This document shows positions 5,494 to 8,517 of a stretch of DNA of 8,517 nt, piece by piece. Source of the stretch: Caedibacter taeniospiralis (GTDB lineage Bacteria; Pseudomonadota; Gammaproteobacteria; Francisellales; Francisellaceae); assembly GCF_002803295.2 (NCBI RefSeq), contig NZ_PGGB02000017.1, forward strand, positions 1,009-9,525, read 5' to 3'. A program made the translations under genes and the position numbers. The first letter of the stretch is position 1, and every line of letters starts with the position of its first letter. Under the pieces are notes generated by a model that saw only the letters and a list, made by a program, of their open reading frames with translations, was not told where the DNA came from and made no database searches.

Positions 5494-5657
5494 GGTTGGG
5501 AGAAAAATGACTGTCTGGTCATTTCGTGCTCCGTTTCGCGCAGGATGACAGTGGGCTGAAAGTCTGTTTAAGCCTGGAATTCTGAAAGTTAATTGAAAAG
5601 GTGAAGTATTGTGCTAACAGGTGTAATCTGCCATACCGCTTGGCTAAGGAGAAGGAA

Positions 5658-6653
5658 GTGACGACGCGTCTAAAAACAATCATCAGTGGGCTGATTTTGG
5701 TATTGGTTGTGATCGCTTTAGCGCTGGTGTGGCGCTTTTCACGGGAAGATGCAACAGCTTTATCAGGGTATATTGAGGCAAATCTGAGTTATATATCCCC
5801 AAGTGTGTCGGGCAAATTGGTCACCCTGGCAGTGCATAAAGGGGAATATGTTAAAAAAGGGCAAGTGTTGTTTACGTTAGAAACCACACCATATCAGCTG
5901 AAATTTGAATCTGATCAACAGTTGACGCTTGCCGATAAATACAATTACGAGGATCTGTTGACGGGCAAACAACAGCCTTATATTAACCAGGCTGAAGCAG
6001 AGATTGCTAAGGCAAAAGCAGATTTAAACTACGCTCAACTAAGCTACCAGCGTGCAGCATCTTTACTTAAAACAGGGGATATCTCACAGCAGGAGTACGA
6101 TCTGGATCTGTCTCAATATGATCAGGCTCAGGCGCAGTTAGCAACGCTGAACGCGCAATTGGAGACCTATAAGATTAGTGCACGGGATAAACTGATCCAA
6201 AGTGCGGATGCCAGGTTTCACTCCAGTGAGAAAAATCAGGAATTATCGCAATGGAATCTGTCCGAGACACAGGTTTCCTCACCAGAGGCGGCGATGGTGT
6301 TTGATACCTATTATTGGGTGGGAGAACAAGTACAAAGTTTCAGACCAGTGGTATCTTTGCTGGTACCACATCAAATCAAGCTTATTTTCTATGTGACAAA
6401 AACGCAATTACATGAGATTGGCATTGGGCAAAAAATCTATTTTACGGTGGATGGTTCGGCGGAAAAGACAACGGCGACGATACGCTATATTTCGCCAGAA
6501 GCTGAATATACCCCGCCTGTCATCTATAGCCAGTCAACTCGTACAGATTTAAGCTACCGAGTGGAAGCGGCGGTTGAACCAGGTCTGGATAATGGACAAA
6601 AAGTATGGCACCCAGGACAACCTGTGAGCGTCTATCTTCAGGGAGTGCGGTAA
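5658..6653 (+). CDS. HlyD-family periplasmic adaptor (membrane fusion protein), YbhG-like, for an ABC-2 exporter
   Basis: It has a single N-terminal TM anchor (TIISGLILVLVVIALALVW) and a lipoyl/barrel-sandwich motif (SGKLVTLAVHKGEYVKKGQVLFTLE). A long Q/A-rich coiled-coil hairpin follows (AEAEIAKAKADLNYAQLSYQRA...QAQAQLATLNAQLE). The C-terminal segment ISPEAEYTPPVIYSQSTRTDLSYRVEA parallels E. coli YbhG as I recall it ([27 protein letters not shown]). I place the start at GTG 5658-5660, in frame with the track's 5601 start, because a strong AAGGAG Shine-Dalgarno at 5646-5651 sits 6 nt upstream. Confidence 0.9.
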   Translation: MTTRLKTIISGLILVLVVIALALVWRFSREDATALSGYIEANLSYISPSVSGKLVTLAVHKGEYVKKGQVLFTLETTPYQLKFESDQQLTLADKYNYEDLLTGKQQPYINQAEAEIAKAKADLNYAQLSYQRAASLLKTGDISQQEYDLDLSQYDQAQAQLATLNAQLETYKISARDKLIQSADARFHSSEKNQELSQWNLSETQVSSPEAAMVFDTYYWVGEQVQSFRPVVSLLVPHQIKLIFYVTKTQLHEIGIGQKIYFTVDGSAEKTTATIRYISPEAEYTPPVIYSQSTRTDLSYRVEAAVEPGLDNGQKVWHPGQPVSVYLQGVR

Positions 6654-7567
6654 TGACCTTTGTCATTGATGTGAAGAATATCAGTAAAAGTTTTTATGGA
6701 AGAAAAGTTGTTAATAATGTTGCGCTTCAAGTGGAAAAAGGCGATATCTACGGCTTTTTAGGACCTAATGGTTCTGGTAAAACGACGACGATTCGCATGA
6801 TTTGCGGGCTTTTGACGGCTGACAGCGGAGAAGGGACCTGTCTTGGGTATGACATCAGAACTGAGGGCTTTTTCATCAAGCAGAAAGTTGGTTACATGAC
6901 ACAAAAATTTAGCCTCTATAGCGATCTGACGATAGAGGAGAACCTTCATTTTTTTGCCAGGCTTTTTAATGTTGCAAATCGCAAAGAGAAAGTACAAAAA
7001 ATCATCGATCAACTGGAAATTGGTCGGGCGCGCAAAAGCCAGCTTGCAGGAACCTTATCCGGTGGCTGGAAACAAAGACTTGCCCTGGGCGTTGCGACAA
7101 TTCATGAGCCAGAGCTGCTCCTGCTGGATGAGCCAACGGCGGGTGTTGATCCAAAAGCCAGGCGTGATTTTTGGGATGAAATTTTCCGTTTGGCGCAGCA
7201 AGGGATCACGACATTAGTGAGCACACACTATATGGATGAAGCTGAACGCTGTAATAAGCTTGCTTACGTTGCCTACGGTAACTTATTAGTCAATGGCACC
7301 TGTGCTGAAGTCATCGATTCGGTGGGTCTTAGAACGTGGGTGGTGCGCGGGGAGAGCTTATCCTTATTGCAAAAGGGACTGCAGGAAAATGATAAAATTG
7401 CTCAAGTCTCGGCATTTGGTCTGGATCTGCACGTGAGCGCGTCAAAAAGTGTTGATATAACGGATATCATTAGGAGTAACAGCAGATATAACTGGCAAGA
7501 GATCAAACCCTCGCTTGAAGATGTTTTTATTCATTTAATGCAACAACATCAGGATAACTTTTCATGA
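6653..7567 (+). CDS. ABC transporter ATP-binding protein (single NBD, ABC-2/DrrA-type)
   Basis: The motifs present are Walker A GPNGSGKTT, Q-loop YMTQ, ABC signature LSGGWKQRL, Walker B LLLLDEPT with D-loop and H-loop STHYMDEA. I prefer ATG 6653-6655 (MTFVIDVKNISKSF) as the start. It overlaps the upstream TAA by one base (TAATG) and has a GGGAG Shine-Dalgarno at 6641-6645. The track's 6605 start would overlap the adaptor gene by 49 nt. Confidence 0.95.
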   Translation: MTFVIDVKNISKSFYGRKVVNNVALQVEKGDIYGFLGPNGSGKTTTIRMICGLLTADSGEGTCLGYDIRTEGFFIKQKVGYMTQKFSLYSDLTIEENLHFFARLFNVANRKEKVQKIIDQLEIGRARKSQLAGTLSGGWKQRLALGVATIHEPELLLLDEPTAGVDPKARRDFWDEIFRLAQQGITTLVSTHYMDEAERCNKLAYVAYGNLLVNGTCAEVIDSVGLRTWVVRGESLSLLQKGLQENDKIAQVSAFGLDLHVSASKSVDITDIIRSNSRYNWQEIKPSLEDVFIHLMQQHQDNFS

Positions 7568-8508
7568 AGCAGCCACGTATTTTTAGCCTGCAGCGCTATA
7601 TTGCAGTAATGACAAAAGAGTTCACTCACATGATCCGCGACAGGATCACTTTTGCGATGGTTGTGGGTATTCCGATAATTCAATTGATCTTATTTGGCTA
7701 TGCCATTAACAGCAATCCGCGGCATCTGCCGACGGTTTTGAACAATTATGACAATACGCCAGAGGTAAGAGCATTAGTCTCAGCCTTGCAGAACAGTCAA
7801 TATTTTGATATTACCCATGTCAATCTTTCTGAAAAAACGGCACAGACCCTGATGCAAAAGGCTGAGACTCAGTTTATTATTGAAATCCCGGCAGGATTCA
7901 CCCAAAAGATGTTACGGGGTGACAAGCCGAGCATATTGCTCGTTGCTGACGGGAGTGATCCTTCTGCCTCTGGCAATGCCATTAATGCCATCAACGAGCT
8001 GACAAATAGAGTGTTTCAGCGTGATTTCATGAAAAATGGACTGACCTATCTGCAAGCAGAAAAACCAGCCTTTAATGTAGTGGTGCATAATAAATATAAC
8101 CCCGAACAAATTACTCAGTACAATATAGTGCCAGGGCTCGCAGGCGTAATTCTGACCATGATTTTGGTGATGGTGACCGGGCTTGCTGTCACGCGTGAGC
8201 GTGAGGTGGGGACAATGGAGTCGCTTTTAGCAACACCCGTGAGACCGCTTGAAGTGATTCTTGGTAAGATCACGCCTTATATTCTTGTGGGTTATGTGCA
8301 ATTGCTGTTGATTTTAGTTTCTGCGATTATGCTTTTTAATGTGCCATTTTATGGTAATGTCATGCTGCTTGTTCTGGCGACATTCCCATTTATTGTGGCC
8401 AATCTTCTGGTAGGGATTACTTTTTCAACCCTGGCGAAAACGCAGCTACAAGCGATGCAGATGGCTATTTTTTTCTTTTTGCCCTCAATCACACTACATG
8501 ACACCTAA
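7564..8508 (+). CDS. ABC-2 type transporter permease (YbhS/YbhR-like), apparently truncated at the C-terminus
   Basis: The ATG overlaps the ATPase stop (ATGA, 7564-7567), indicating translational coupling. The topology is typical of this family: TM1 (FAMVVGIPIIQLILFGYAI), a large periplasmic loop, then clustered TMs after the REREVGTMESLLATP motif. The frame ends at ...AIFFFLPSITLHDT*. Homologues as I recall them continue after LPSxxLSGF for about 60 more residues (rest of TM5 and TM6). Confidence 0.85.
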   Translation: MKQPRIFSLQRYIAVMTKEFTHMIRDRITFAMVVGIPIIQLILFGYAINSNPRHLPTVLNNYDNTPEVRALVSALQNSQYFDITHVNLSEKTAQTLMQKAETQFIIEIPAGFTQKMLRGDKPSILLVADGSDPSASGNAINAINELTNRVFQRDFMKNGLTYLQAEKPAFNVVVHNKYNPEQITQYNIVPGLAGVILTMILVMVTGLAVTREREVGTMESLLATPVRPLEVILGKITPYILVGYVQLLLILVSAIMLFNVPFYGNVMLLVLATFPFIVANLLVGITFSTLAKTQLQAMQMAIFFFLPSITLHDT

Positions 8509-8517
8509 ATATCGCCT

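Noticed and set aside
5601-5657. GTG-5601 start for the adaptor gene, and similarly ATG-6605 for the ATPase
   Set aside because: The internal in-frame starts (GTG-5658 with AAGGAG; ATG-6653 with GGGAG and a TAATG overlap) have clear ribosome binding sites and give family-typical N-termini. The longer versions add non-conserved residues or overlap the upstream gene by 49 nt.
6202-8109. Track ORFs 6202..6396(+), 6758..7012(-), 6954..7217(+) and 7912..8109(-)
   Set aside because: All are nested in alternative frames or antisense within the well-supported adaptor, ATPase and permease genes. None has independent support.
5658-8508. The HlyD/ABC genes as a type I secretion system exporting the neighbouring large protein
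   Set aside because: The transporter is of the ABC-2 (separate NBD plus YbhS/R-like permease, YbhG-like adaptor) efflux type, not a fused HlyB-type T1SS ABC. The large protein has an N-terminal Sec signal peptide and no Gly-rich RTX or C-terminal T1SS signal. The genes differ in GC and are separated by the LTTR gene and a 370-bp spacer.

Overview
This 8.5-kb window is roughly 40% GC with Gram-negative (probably gammaproteobacterial) gene organisation; I cannot name the taxon. I see no rRNA, tRNA, CRISPR array, integrase or intact transposase. There are six real coding regions.

- **(1) Minus strand, 1..614:** the 5' part of a gene for an exported cysteine-rich protein. It is missing from the ORF track because it runs off the left edge.
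- **(2) Minus strand, 989..4057:** a 1022-aa Sec-exported protein with no family I can name. It has an N-terminal mixed region, degenerate YD/RHS-like beta repeats and a hydrophobic, His-rich helical C-terminus.
- **(3) Plus strand, about 4345..5286:** a divergently transcribed LysR-type regulator.
- **(4-6) Plus strand:** a translationally coupled exporter operon of YbhG-like HlyD-family adaptor (5658..6653), single-NBD ABC ATPase (6653..7567) and ABC-2 permease (7564..8508). The permease reading frame breaks off about 60 codons early, just before the window ends.

The most interesting part is the lower-GC two-gene islet made of the large orphan exoprotein and the LysR regulator. The exoprotein's predicted promoter is overlapped by a 19-bp site matching the classical Fur box at 15/19 positions. 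A perfect 9-7-9 dyad containing a T-N11-A LysR-type motif sits in the same divergent intergenic region. I read this as a candidate iron-regulated, horizontally acquired secreted toxin or exoprotein locus. That is a hypothesis, not a demonstrated function. All promoter, terminator and operator calls are hand-found motif matches and need experimental or computational confirmation.
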